Source: Chloroflexota bacterium | GTDB taxonomy: Bacteria > Chloroflexota > Anaerolineae > B4-G1 > SLSP01 | Direction of reading: 5' to 3' | Length of the DNA stretch: 64,000 nt | Assembly (NCBI GenBank): GCA_036845725.1 | Contig: DAIUDK010000009.1 | Coordinates: 394 to 64,393 of the forward strand | Shown: positions 8,644 through 18,232 of the stretch, piece by piece | Layout: each line of letters starts with the position of its first letter | Numbering within the stretch: the stretch's first letter is position 1 | Notes under the pieces: model-generated | What the model was told of the DNA's origin: nothing | Databases searched by the model: none | The model's input: only the letters and a program-made list of their open reading frames with translations | Program-made: the position numbers and the translations under genes

Positions 8644-8682
8644 AACCAGCCTACCGGAAATCGGTAGGCTGGTTTTCGTTTT
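8644..8682 (+). terminator. Intrinsic terminator/attenuator in the glnA 5' region
   Basis: aaccagcctaccg-gaaat-cggtaggctggtt: perfect 13-bp stem followed by ttcgtttt. Confidence 0.55.
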
Positions 8683-8786
8683 GACAAGGAGGTGATACAG
8701 GGCCTAACGCAAATAGGTGTCCGAGTTTGTCGAGAAAGTATGTTCGATGTATGAATCTATATCAGCCAGAAAAGGAGAAGAAGGAA

Positions 8787-10118
8787 ATGGTTACTGAACT
8801 TGTATCTCGTGCCAAGGAAGATGATATTCGTTTTGTAAGTTTTCAATTTACCGATATATTCGGGACGATCAAAAGCGTCACCCTGCCGGTCGTGCAGCTT
8901 GAGGGGGCACTCGAAGAGGGCATTTTCTTCGATGGCTCGTCCGTGCAGGGGTTCGCGCGCATTTTCGAGAGCGATATGGTGCTCGTGCCAGACCCGGCCA
9001 CGTACCGCGTGCTGCCGTGGAGTGTGCCCGAACGCCGCCGCGCCCGCATCATCTGTGACGTCCACACGACAGACGGCAATCCACTTACCAGTTCACCGCG
9101 CACGGTTCTCAAACGCATTCTGGCACGCGCGGAGGCCAAAGGGTTAACCTACAACGTCGGCCCTGAGTTGGAGTTCTTTCTGTTCAAACGCAACGGTGAT
9201 GCGCCGTTCCAACCGGTGCCGCACGATATTGGAGGTTACTTCGACTTTTCGCCCCGTGATGAGGCGCAACAGGTGCGCAGCGAAATCATCATCGCCCTGG
9301 AAGCGCTCGGGATTCACGTCGAAATGGCCCACCACGAAGTTGCCGAAGGGCAACACGAGATCGATTTTCGCTATGCGGACGCCCTATCGACAGCAGACAG
9401 CGCCATCACACTGAAATATACGGTACGTGCTATCGCCGCGACCTACGGCATCTACGCCAGCTTCATGCCCAAACCGATCTTCGGCATCAACGGTTCGGGG
9501 ATGCACACCCACCAAAGCATGAACGACGCCAGTGGAAAAAACGCCTTCTATGCCGCCGACGATCCCTATCATCTCTCGAAACTCGCCTACCACTTCCTCG
9601 CCGGGCAAATCGTGCACGCGCGCGCGCTGGCAGCCATCGGCGCACCGACGGTCAATAGCTACAAACGTCTCACGCCCGGTTACGAAGCGCCGGTCTACGT
9701 CTGCTGGGCACACCGCAACCGCTCGGCGATGATCCGCGTTCCAGCGACCCGTCCAGGCAAAGAAGCCGCGACGCGTATCGAACTGCGCTGCCCCGATCCG
9801 AGCAGCAACCCCTACTTGCTGTTCGCTTCGATCCTAGCCGCGGGCCTGGATGGCGTCGAGCGCGAACTCGAAGCGCCGGAACCGGTCAACGAGGACATCT
9901 ATCACCTGGAAGAAGCGGAACTTGCCGCACGGTCCATCGGTACGCTGCCGGGCACGCTGGACGAGGCGCTAGACGCTTTGGAAGCCGATGACGTTATCCT
10001 GGAGGCGCTGGGCGAATCCCTCGCCGAGACGTTTATCCGGGCCAAGCGTGCGGAATGGGACGAGTACCGCATCCGCGTGACGCCATGGGAACTGGAGCGA
10101 TATCTCGAAACCGCGTAA
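8787..10118 (+). CDS. glnA: Glutamine synthetase type I
   Basis: MVTELVSRAKEDDIRFVSFQFTDIFGTIKSVTLP...; GS catalytic-domain motifs; RBS AAAGGAGAAGAAGG upstream. Confidence 0.9.
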   Translation: MVTELVSRAKEDDIRFVSFQFTDIFGTIKSVTLPVVQLEGALEEGIFFDGSSVQGFARIFESDMVLVPDPATYRVLPWSVPERRRARIICDVHTTDGNPLTSSPRTVLKRILARAEAKGLTYNVGPELEFFLFKRNGDAPFQPVPHDIGGYFDFSPRDEAQQVRSEIIIALEALGIHVEMAHHEVAEGQHEIDFRYADALSTADSAITLKYTVRAIAATYGIYASFMPKPIFGINGSGMHTHQSMNDASGKNAFYAADDPYHLSKLAYHFLAGQIVHARALAAIGAPTVNSYKRLTPGYEAPVYVCWAHRNRSAMIRVPATRPGKEAATRIELRCPDPSSNPYLLFASILAAGLDGVERELEAPEPVNEDIYHLEEAELAARSIGTLPGTLDEALDALEADDVILEALGESLAETFIRAKRAEWDEYRIRVTPWELERYLETA

Positions 10119-10138
10119 CGTACAGTTCACCGCAGAGA

Positions 10139-10236
10139 CACGGGGACACAGAGTTCACAGAAATTTCCTCTGTGTTCCCCGTGCCTCCGTGGTAAAAGAC
10201 TCGGTGATGCCCCGCCAAGCGCGGGGTATTTGTTCG
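10139..10236 (+). terminator. Two hairpins downstream of glnA: a 15-bp near-perfect stem-loop (10139-10183) then a GC stem plus U-tract intrinsic terminator (10210-10236)
   Basis: cacggggacacagag...ctctgtgttccccgtg; then ccccgc-caagc-gcgggg tatttgtt. Confidence 0.5.
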
Positions 10237-10238
10237 AA

Positions 10239-10267
10239 TTGCCAAAATTGCTGACTTCCAGTATAAC
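10239..10267 (+). promoter_or_regulatory. Candidate promoter TTGCCA-17-TATAAC
   Basis: ttgccaaaattgctgacttccagtataac, upstream of the NUDIX gene. Confidence 0.35.
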
Positions 10268-10394
10268 AAAGACTATAAAAGTGTTTGCGCATATCGCATC
10301 TTATAGTCCTGGTTTTCAGCTTAGATAGTTGCTCAAAGAGATGCCTCGTGAGACTTTTGCAATCTAACACTATTACAGTTCCGAAAGGCAAACT

Positions 10395-10826
10395 ATGGTT
10401 CACATCAACTACACGGCCAGCGGCGGCGTCGTCACCAACGCCGAGGGAACCCACGTGCTGTTGCTGATCCGGCCCGCACGCGACGAAGTACGCCTACCCA
10501 AAGGCCACGTCGAGCCAGAAGAGACTCTCACCGACGCAGCACTGCGAGAAGTCGCCGAAGAGGCAGGCTACGATGACCTCGAGATCCTCGCCGATCTAGG
10601 GGAGCAATTGGTCGCTTTCCCCCTGGACGATAAGGTGATGCGGCGTACCGAGCATTACTTCCTCATGCGCACGCGCACGCTGCACCAAATCGAACGCCCG
10701 CAGCCCGACGATCAGCAGTTCTTCACCATCTGGGTGCCCTGGGATGAGGTCCTCATCCATCTCACCTTCGAGGCTGAACAGGTGTGGATTCAGCGCGCTC
10801 GGAAGCTTATGGAGCAAAACGTATGA
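10395..10826 (+). CDS. NUDIX hydrolase
   Basis: Nudix box GHVEPEETLTDAALREVAEEAG. Confidence 0.7.
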   Translation: MVHINYTASGGVVTNAEGTHVLLLIRPARDEVRLPKGHVEPEETLTDAALREVAEEAGYDDLEILADLGEQLVAFPLDDKVMRRTEHYFLMRTRTLHQIERPQPDDQQFFTIWVPWDEVLIHLTFEAEQVWIQRARKLMEQNV

Positions 10827-11518
10827 CGACACCCGACAGTAGCTCAAATGCTGACATCATGGAAATCCACCGGCAGTTGCGCGATCTCTACGGCGATCCG
10901 CCGCACCGGCCCGATGGCGATCCGCTGGGAGCCTTGGTGAACACCATCCTGAGTCAAAATACCAATGACCGCAACCGTGATGTCGCGTTCGCGGCGCTGC
11001 GCGCGCAGTTCCCCACCTGGGAGGCCGTGCGCGATGCGCCCGCCGCAGCCATCATCGACGCCATCCGGCCAGCAGGATTAGCGCCGACCAAAGGGCCGAA
11101 CATCCAGGCAGCATTACAAAAGATCACAGCAGAGCGTGGTGAGTTGTCGTTGAACTTCCTGGAAACGCTACCGTTGGAAGAAGCCCGGCAGTGGCTTACG
11201 CATCTCAACGGTGTCGGCCCCAAAACCGCAGCCATTGTGCTGCTGTTTTCGTTGGGACGTCCGGCCTTTCCGGTCGACACCCATGTGCATCGCGTCACCC
11301 GGCGGCTAGGGTTGATCCCGGAGAATACCACGCGGGAAAAAGCGCATACACTGCTTGAGGCTCTCGTCGCGCCGGAACTTTACTGGACACTCCACCTTAA
11401 TATCATCGAACATGGACGGCGGATCTGTCACGCGCGCAAGCCCGCATGTGACGAGTGTCCGCTATGTGCCCAATGCGCTTATTACCGGGCATTATCAGAA
11501 GGAGGTCAACTCCCATGA
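10822..11518 (+). CDS. nth: Endonuclease III-like HhH-GPD DNA glycosylase with [4Fe-4S] loop
   Basis: HhH LNGVGPKTAAIVLLF; catalytic-type FPVDTHV; C-terminal CHARKPACDECPLCAQC. Start overlaps the NUDIX stop (ATGA). Confidence 0.7.
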
Positions 11519-12096
11519 AGAACACGAAAACGCCACGATTTGGCCTGCTGCCCTATCAGGCTCTCGGCAAACGTTGGTTTTGGCCGGCGCTGTGGCTTAT
11601 CCCTGCCGGGATTCTACTTTGGTGGATTATACCGCAAGCACCACATCTTGATCAACGATATCCCTTTGTCGGATTTATCATCAGTGGTATTGGCATGCTT
11701 ATCGTCCTCTACACGATTCTGGCCCGGCGCGCCCACGTGAGTTGTCACAAGAACAATTTCGTTATTCACACGCCCCTCTACCCGATCGCCTTTTCCTACC
11801 AGCGCGTGCAAATGGTACGGCCTACGGAATTCAAAAGCATTTTCCCTCCCGAAAACGAGAAAAACGCGCGCTGGCGGCTCTACCAGGACATCTGGGGTAA
11901 GACTGTCGTCGTCATTAACGTCAAAGGATACCCGCTTCCAAAGTGGTGGCTACGGTTATGGCTTCATCCCTATTTGATGCACCCCCGTGAGGTGGCGCTG
12001 GTGCTTCCCGCCGCAGATTGGATGGGGTTATCACGCAGTCTGGAATCCATGCGCACGAACTGGTTGGAGAGCCGGCGCGAACGGCGGCGGGCATAA
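11515..12096 (+). CDS. Membrane protein, possibly bacterial PH (YdbS/YdbT-like) domain
   Basis: Two TM helices (WFWPALWLIPAGILLWWII and FVGFIISGIGMLIVLYTIL) followed by a ~120-aa soluble domain; start overlaps the nth stop. Confidence 0.35.
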   Translation: MKNTKTPRFGLLPYQALGKRWFWPALWLIPAGILLWWIIPQAPHLDQRYPFVGFIISGIGMLIVLYTILARRAHVSCHKNNFVIHTPLYPIAFSYQRVQMVRPTEFKSIFPPENEKNARWRLYQDIWGKTVVVINVKGYPLPKWWLRLWLHPYLMHPREVALVLPAADWMGLSRSLESMRTNWLESRRERRRA

Positions 12097-12167
12097 GCAG
12101 CGCGCATCACATTGCAAACATTACTCGGAGCGCAAAATGTTTAGGTCTGACAAATCCTTACGATTTT

Positions 12168-12262
12168 TTCCACAGGGCTTTCCACAACGCAACCCATACT
12201 TATAGGGGTTGCTGTAACACGACACCGCACCTGTATTGGATAAAAATTTTGTTTTCCACACG
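12168..12262 (+). promoter_or_regulatory. DnaA-box-like sites (TTTTCCACA at 12168-12176 and 12254-12262; TTATCCAAT on the reverse strand at 12234-12242) with adjacent AT-rich stretch; possible oriC/dnaA control region
   Basis: Both consensus-fitting boxes match TTWTNCACA; a 12264-12310 AT-rich segment follows, immediately upstream of the dnaA promoter. Confidence 0.35.
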
Positions 12263-12317
12263 AGCATAGGCAAGATTAAAACTAGGTACTTTTTAAGATA
12301 AAAATGGGGTTTGGAGA

Positions 12318-12346
12318 TTGCTTGTTTAGCGCTTTTTTGGTAGAAT
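12318..12346 (+). promoter_or_regulatory. dnaA promoter TTGCTT-17-TGgTAGAAT (extended -10)
   Basis: ttgcttgtttagcgcttttttggtagaat. Confidence 0.45.
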
Positions 12347-12500
12347 GTAAGTGGTCACGGCAAAGGGGAAGGGGATAATTTCCTCATGACCACACCCTTT
12401 GCACAACGGCGTTGTTTTAAGCCAGTGACCACCCTTTTTTGGATTCTCGTCGCTTAACGTTGCCCTTGCGTCATTATTTCAAATAGGATTGCTCGATCAT

Positions 12501-13862
12501 ATGAATTCACAAAGATTATGGCAGGCCACCCTGGGAGAACTGGAACTACAAATGACCAGGGCGACCTTCGATACCTGGCTACGGGACACGCACTGCATCG
12601 GTATGGAGAACGGCGACACCCTGGTCATCGGGGTCAAAAATGGCTATGCCGTCGAATGGCTGGAAAACCGCCTCTACCCGGTCATCCAGCGCACCTTATG
12701 TCGGCTGACGCAACAGGAAGAAATACGGGCACGCTTTGTCGTGTGGCAGGCTAAACGTAACAACGGGAATGGAAATGGCCAAGGCCATAGCGAGCTTCCT
12801 GTCCTCATCCAGGAGGAAACAATGTCGCTCCCCGCTCCGGCACGCGACCCAGGTCTAAATTCCAGTTATACCTTTAACAATTTTGTCGTGGGGCCAAGCA
12901 ACCGTCTGGCACAAGCGGCCTCACAGGCCGTCGCCGAAACCCCGGCCCGTGCGTACAACCCACTCTTTATCCACGGCGGCGTAGGACTGGGGAAAACCCA
13001 CCTGCTCCACGCCATCGGTCACGAATGTTACCGGCGCAATATGCAAGTGCTCTACGTCTCTTCGGAGACGTTCACCAACGACCTGATCGAGGCAATTCGC
13101 ACACATACCACCGAACTGTTCCGCGAAAAGTATCGCACGGCAGATGTCCTGCTCGTCGATGATATTCAATTCATCGCCGGGAAGGAAAGCACCCAGGAGG
13201 AATTCTTCCACACGTTCAACGCACTGCGCGATACTGGGCACCAAATCGTCCTCAGCAGCGACCGCATTCCCAAGGCTATGGTCACATTGGAGGAACGTCT
13301 GCGCTCGCGCTTCGAATGGGGATTGATCGTCGATATCCAATCCCCAGATTACGAGACGCGCGTCGCCATTCTGCAATCGAAGGCGGAACGGCTGCACGTT
13401 GATGTTCCTAATGAGTTGTTGAGCTACATTGCGACCAATGTCGAGAGCAATATCCGTGAGCTTGAAGGGGCACTCAACCGCGTGCTGGCGATGGCGCGTC
13501 TCACCGACCTTCCCCTGACGCGACAGATCGCCGAAAACGCACTCGCCGACCTACTGCCCCACCATCCTGAAGTTTCGGCGAGACAGATTCTCAACACCGT
13601 AGCAAGCTACTACGGCATCAGCGAGGAGGACTTGCGCAGCGCGCAACGCAATCGCCGCATCGCCCAGCCGCGCCACATCGCGATGTATCTCCTGCGCGAG
13701 GAAACCGATGCCTCACTCCCGCAGATCGGCGCGGAGTTGGGCGGGCGTGATCACACTACCGTGCTCTACGGTTACGAGAGAGTCCGCGCGCGCCTGGAGC
13801 ACGACGATCAACTCAAGCGCGAAGTGATGACCCTCAAAGGTCACTTATACGGCCAAAACTGA
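12501..13862 (+). CDS. dnaA: Chromosomal replication initiator DnaA
   Basis: N-terminal RLWQATLGELELQ...; AAA+ Walker A GGVGLGKTHLL; C-terminal DnaA-box binding domain. The alternative TTG start is at 12489. Confidence 0.9.
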   Translation: MNSQRLWQATLGELELQMTRATFDTWLRDTHCIGMENGDTLVIGVKNGYAVEWLENRLYPVIQRTLCRLTQQEEIRARFVVWQAKRNNGNGNGQGHSELPVLIQEETMSLPAPARDPGLNSSYTFNNFVVGPSNRLAQAASQAVAETPARAYNPLFIHGGVGLGKTHLLHAIGHECYRRNMQVLYVSSETFTNDLIEAIRTHTTELFREKYRTADVLLVDDIQFIAGKESTQEEFFHTFNALRDTGHQIVLSSDRIPKAMVTLEERLRSRFEWGLIVDIQSPDYETRVAILQSKAERLHVDVPNELLSYIATNVESNIRELEGALNRVLAMARLTDLPLTRQIAENALADLLPHHPEVSARQILNTVASYYGISEEDLRSAQRNRRIAQPRHIAMYLLREETDASLPQIGAELGGRDHTTVLYGYERVRARLEHDDQLKREVMTLKGHLYGQN

Positions 13863-13877
13863 ATCATCGTTCAATCG

Positions 13878-13927
13878 AAAGCGGGATTTTGGAGCGTTGT
13901 GCTGCAAAATCCCGCTTTTTATTTTGG
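13878..13927 (+). terminator. Intrinsic terminator after dnaA
   Basis: aaagcgggatttt...aaaatcccgcttt followed by ttattttgg. Confidence 0.6.
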
Positions 13928-14005
13928 CTTCATCCGAAGACTGTAACGGTAAGGTGTGCAGTCTGTGGTACAATAACGCCGATACCCATTCACGAGGGCA
14001 GAATT

Positions 14006-15544
14006 ATGATGATCATCGACACGCTATTTGCAGCTTTGCCATTGGCGCTCATCATCGTCCTGATGATAGGCTTTCATTGGAGCGGGTCAAAAGCCGGTGC
14101 AGCGGGATGGATCGCGGCCCTAATTATCGCGACGTTGCGTTTCGCAGCCAACGCGACATTCCTCTTCTGGGCGCAGGTCGACGGGCTCTTCCGCGCCGCG
14201 CAAGTGCTATACGTTATCTGGGGGGCGCTGTTTTTCTTTCGCATCACCGAAGCCAACGGCGCTTTGAACGCGATGTCCACTATGCTGCAGCAAATCTCCC
14301 CCCAAAGGACGCTGCAGGTTCTCATTATGGGATGGGCCTTCACCTCGTTTCTCCAAAGCGTGGGCGGATTTGGCGTGCCGATGGCGGTAGTCGCACCCAT
14401 TATGGTCGGCATTGGCTTCGAGCCACTCATCGCCGTGGTTTTGCCGGCAGTAGGACACTCGTGGTCAATCTCGTTCGGTTCGCTCGGGGCTTCATTCGAG
14501 GCGCTGAAGACGGCGACCGGCCTGGAAGGGACGGTTATCGCGCCGGATATGACGTTCCTGTTGGGCATCATCTGCTTTCTGGCAGGATTCTGTGTACTGT
14601 GGATAGCTGGTGGACGGTCCGCAGTCCGCACCGGGCTGTGGCCGATGCTCTTGATGGCACTGACGATGGGCGGGGTGCAATACCTTTCCGCGCGCGCCGG
14701 ACTTTACAACATCGCCTTGATGCTCGGCGCGCTGAGCGGCCTGGCGGTAGGCATCGTCTGGGCCAGGCTGTACAAGAAAGAAAACGTACCTGGGATAGAC
14801 GTTATCCCGTGGACCAAACACCTGGCCGCCATCTGGCCCTACATGCTGCTGTTGCTCATCATCTTCGGCGCCAATTTCATCCGCCCGCTTGCCGAATTTC
14901 TGGACAGGGTCCAGGTGCAAGTCGCCATACCGCAAATCACCCTCGCCAACGGCCAAACCATCGCCGCCAGCAAGACGAAGGGACTTGCAGTGTTCGGTCA
15001 TGCGGGCGCACTGTTGTTTTATACCGGATTTCTGACCCTCCTGCTCTCCCGGTTCCAAGGGACGCTCCCGCCGGACGCCGGTAAGAAAATTCGCACGGGT
15101 ATGATCCGCAGTGGATGGTCATCAACATTGGGGATTCTGGCCATGGTCGGAATGGCCACCACGATGGAGAAGGCCGGCATGGTGCCACTTTTGTCGCAAG
15201 CGATGGCCGATATTGCCGGTGGACTATACCCACTGGTCTCGCCCTTCATCGGCGCGCTGGGCGCGTTTATGACGGGCAGCAACACCAATTCCAACGTGCT
15301 TTTCGGCGCGTTTCAACAACAGGTCGCGCAAACGCTCGGCTATACCGTCCCGGTGATTCTGGCGATCCAAAATGCCGGCGCATCTGTAGGCTCGGTTTTT
15401 GCTCCGGCGAAGATCATTGTGGCGTGTAGCACTGTTGGTTTAAGCGACAGCGAGGGAGATGCACTGCGCCACATCACCAAATACTGCTTCGTTATACTCG
15501 TCATCGTGGCAGTCCTGGGCATGCTAATAGCATCCATGCGGTGA
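14006..15544 (+). CDS. lctP: L-lactate permease (LctP family)
   Basis: QRTLQVLIMGWAFTSFLQSVGGFGVPMAVVAPIMVGIGFEPL and FIGALGAFMTGSNTNSNVLFGAFQQQVAQTLG align closely with E. coli LldP motifs. Confidence 0.8.
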   Translation: MMIIDTLFAALPLALIIVLMIGFHWSGSKAGAAGWIAALIIATLRFAANATFLFWAQVDGLFRAAQVLYVIWGALFFFRITEANGALNAMSTMLQQISPQRTLQVLIMGWAFTSFLQSVGGFGVPMAVVAPIMVGIGFEPLIAVVLPAVGHSWSISFGSLGASFEALKTATGLEGTVIAPDMTFLLGIICFLAGFCVLWIAGGRSAVRTGLWPMLLMALTMGGVQYLSARAGLYNIALMLGALSGLAVGIVWARLYKKENVPGIDVIPWTKHLAAIWPYMLLLLIIFGANFIRPLAEFLDRVQVQVAIPQITLANGQTIAASKTKGLAVFGHAGALLFYTGFLTLLLSRFQGTLPPDAGKKIRTGMIRSGWSSTLGILAMVGMATTMEKAGMVPLLSQAMADIAGGLYPLVSPFIGALGAFMTGSNTNSNVLFGAFQQQVAQTLGYTVPVILAIQNAGASVGSVFAPAKIIVACSTVGLSDSEGDALRHITKYCFVILVIVAVLGMLIASMR

Positions 15545-15601
15545 CACCAAATTTTGTCACCAGACCGCATGAAAGTTATAGAATCTTAATACTGCCGTAA
15601 C

Positions 15602-15629
15602 TTGAATCCATCCAGTCTGAACGTATAAT
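15602..15629 (+). promoter_or_regulatory. Candidate promoter TTGAAT-16-TATAAT
   Basis: ttgaatccatccagtctgaacgtataat, 35 nt before the regulator gene. Confidence 0.35.
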
Positions 15630-15663
15630 AGGGGTACTCGAGTCAAGAGAAAGTGGGTGTGCT

Positions 15664-16809
15664 ATGGAACCAAATCGTATTCTGATCGTTGATGATGACG
15701 TCGACGCCTTGCGCCTGGTCGGTATGATGCTTGAACGCGAGGGATTCCAAATCCTCGCGGCGGCCTCAGGCCAACAGGCTATCGAAAAAGCCATCGCGGA
15801 ACAACCGGTTCTCATCATCCTCGACGTAATGATGCCCGATATGGATGGCTACCAAGTAGCGACGCAACTCCGCAAACACCCAGCCACGGAGGCCATCCCC
15901 ATTTTGATGTTCACCGCCAAAACCGCAGTCAATGACAAAGTGGCCGGCTTCCAGGCCGGGGCGGATGACTATCTCACCAAGCCCGTTCATCCCACCGAAC
16001 TTATCACGCGCGTGCAAGCCCTGCTCCAACGGAGCCGCCGCACCGGTGGGGAAGTAGGACGCGGGCAAATGATCGGGTTTCTGCCCACCAAAGGCGGCCT
16101 CGGTACCAGTTCACTTGCACTCAACGTCGCCCTCGAATTGAAGAAAGCATACCCTGACAAACAGATAGTCCTGGTAGAATTACAGGACGGCAAAGGTTCC
16201 CTGGCTCTGCAACTGGGTATGAACGTGTCCGGCAATATCCAAACACTGGCCGACCGTCCCATTATGCAGATCAACAAAGAACATTTGAGCGATAACCTGG
16301 TACGACACACATCAGGACTGCATCTACTATTGAGCACGCATCTTCCCGCCGGGACGGGGCCGAAGCTCACGCGCGAATTCTCCCGCACCATCTTACGTCT
16401 GCTAAGCACCGATTACGATTACGTGCTCCTCGATCTACCAGCGGCCCTGGATGAGGCAACCGCCGAAGCCCTGCGCATGACGGGTGATATCATTCTCACA
16501 TTGGATGCGAACCGCATCGGGCTGCTCTTAGCCCAGGCGATGCTCGAGGGGCTGGATCGCCACAACATAGGTGCGTATAAAGCGAAGATCGTACTTATCA
16601 ACCGCACGCCGGCCGCCGCTGCCGTGAGCCGCCGGGAAATCGAGGAAACGCTCAAACACTCGATGATTTGTAGCATCCCGCCGGTGCCAGATCTGGCCTA
16701 CGAGAGCGCACAAAGCGGCCGGCCGATGGTTGTCATGCAACCCCGCAGCCTGGTCGCCCAACAAATACGGCTGATCATCCAAGCCGTCACCGGCAAGGCA
16801 GAACCCTAG
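15664..16809 (+). CDS. Response-regulator receiver domain fused to a CpaE/TadZ-like (MinD/ParA-fold) domain with degenerate P-loop
   Basis: REC motifs ILIVDDD...ILDVMMPDMDG...KP. Deviant Walker A TKGGLGTSS lacks the conserved Lys. No DNA-binding output domain. Confidence 0.6.
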   Translation: MEPNRILIVDDDVDALRLVGMMLEREGFQILAAASGQQAIEKAIAEQPVLIILDVMMPDMDGYQVATQLRKHPATEAIPILMFTAKTAVNDKVAGFQAGADDYLTKPVHPTELITRVQALLQRSRRTGGEVGRGQMIGFLPTKGGLGTSSLALNVALELKKAYPDKQIVLVELQDGKGSLALQLGMNVSGNIQTLADRPIMQINKEHLSDNLVRHTSGLHLLLSTHLPAGTGPKLTREFSRTILRLLSTDYDYVLLDLPAALDEATAEALRMTGDIILTLDANRIGLLLAQAMLEGLDRHNIGAYKAKIVLINRTPAAAAVSRREIEETLKHSMICSIPPVPDLAYESAQSGRPMVVMQPRSLVAQQIRLIIQAVTGKAEP

Positions 16810-16823
16810 CAAAGGGAACATGT

Positions 16824-18035
16824 ATGGAAGAATCTTGTGAGTCATTGAAACAAAGTCTCGTCACGTTGGAGCGGATCCTGCAAATCAGCCGGCACTTGAA
16901 CTCGACGCTGGAAATGCGCCCGCTGCTCCAGCAAATCGTGGACTCTGCCAGCGAGCTTACCGATGCCGATGGCGCGTCAATCCTGCTCATGGAGAGCGAT
17001 AACACTTTGCGTTTTGCAGCGGCGTGCGGGCCGGATGCGAATCTGCTCGAGATCGCCGAAGTGCCTCTGGATAACAGTCTTGCCGGTTGGGTGGTCAAAA
17101 ACCGGCAAATGCTCATTGTCGAGGATGTCCTCTCCGACCCCCGGCATTTCGCCATCCAGAGCATCGATCCCACGCAGTCCCTGATGGCGATCCCGATGAT
17201 TTTTGGCGATCAGGTCATCGGCGTCCTGGAATCGGTGACAACTAAAGTACGCCACAGTTTTACCCCCCAGGACATCGAAACCCTGGAGACGCTCGCCAGC
17301 ATCGCAGCGGTCGCTGTGCAAAACGCACGCCTCTTCGAGCAAAGCGACTGGGTTGCCGAAGTAGTTCACGAAATTCGCACCCCGCTGACGGCTATCCTCT
17401 CTTACGCCGACTTACTGCAGCGCCCGGATATAACCGACAGTATGCACACGCAATTCGTCACCATCATCCAACAAGAAACCCAACGCGTCAACGCATTAGC
17501 CACCCAGTTTCTCGACCTGGCCCGCCTGGAGTCGGGACGCATCCATATGGCCCGGCACTGCCTGCACCTCGGTGAAATCATCAACGCTGCCGCCAACACC
17601 ATCCGCCCCACCATCAACAACAACCGCCAAAATTTACGCCTAGAACTTCCTGATGACCTTCCCGACACCGTTGGAGACGATCAACGCATTCACCAGGTAC
17701 TCCTCAATCTACTCAGCAACGCTGCAAAATACTCCGATCCAGGTGATGCCATCACCCTCAGCGCACGCGTGGATGGTCAAAGCCTGCTCATCGCAGTAGC
17801 AGACACCGGGCCAGGCATTCCAGAAGATCAATTGCCGCATCTTTTCCACAAATTTGCCCGGCTGCCGGGCAAGGAGCGCCAGGTCACCGGCACAGGTTTA
17901 GGTCTGGCCATTTCTCGCCAGATCGTCGAGGCGCATAATGGAAAAATCTGGGCCGAGAGCGAGGTGGGCAAGGGGACCACTTTCTGCTTTTCGCTGCCGA
18001 TCATCACGCCGGAAAGCGCTTCTCAGGAGCAGTAA
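16824..18035 (+). CDS. GAF-domain sensor histidine kinase
   Basis: GAF region; H-box HEIRTPLTAI; HATPase N/G boxes LLSNAAKYS and GTGLGLAISRQIVEAHNGKIW. Confidence 0.8.
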   Translation: MEESCESLKQSLVTLERILQISRHLNSTLEMRPLLQQIVDSASELTDADGASILLMESDNTLRFAAACGPDANLLEIAEVPLDNSLAGWVVKNRQMLIVEDVLSDPRHFAIQSIDPTQSLMAIPMIFGDQVIGVLESVTTKVRHSFTPQDIETLETLASIAAVAVQNARLFEQSDWVAEVVHEIRTPLTAILSYADLLQRPDITDSMHTQFVTIIQQETQRVNALATQFLDLARLESGRIHMARHCLHLGEIINAAANTIRPTINNNRQNLRLELPDDLPDTVGDDQRIHQVLLNLLSNAAKYSDPGDAITLSARVDGQSLLIAVADTGPGIPEDQLPHLFHKFARLPGKERQVTGTGLGLAISRQIVEAHNGKIWAESEVGKGTTFCFSLPIITPESASQEQ

Positions 18036-18232
18036 TCGCCACTTTCCAGACGACTCAGTTGAGCCTAACAAGCGCCGCAAAGCGGCTTCTCATGATCTCC
18101 GTTTTCTAACTTTACATTCTATAGAGTTGTGGTACAATTGATTTGCCTGTGAGCCAAGTGCTCTCGGGTTTTTCTTTTATAAAACAGACTCACCCCAACA
18201 GCGAAGACCAAAACACTTGGAGGAGCATCGTT

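Noticed and set aside
12097-12500. Definitive oriC call
   Set aside because: Only two consensus-fitting DnaA boxes are seen, dnaN is not adjacent, and the orientation of flanking operons is mixed. Kept as a low-confidence regulatory feature only.
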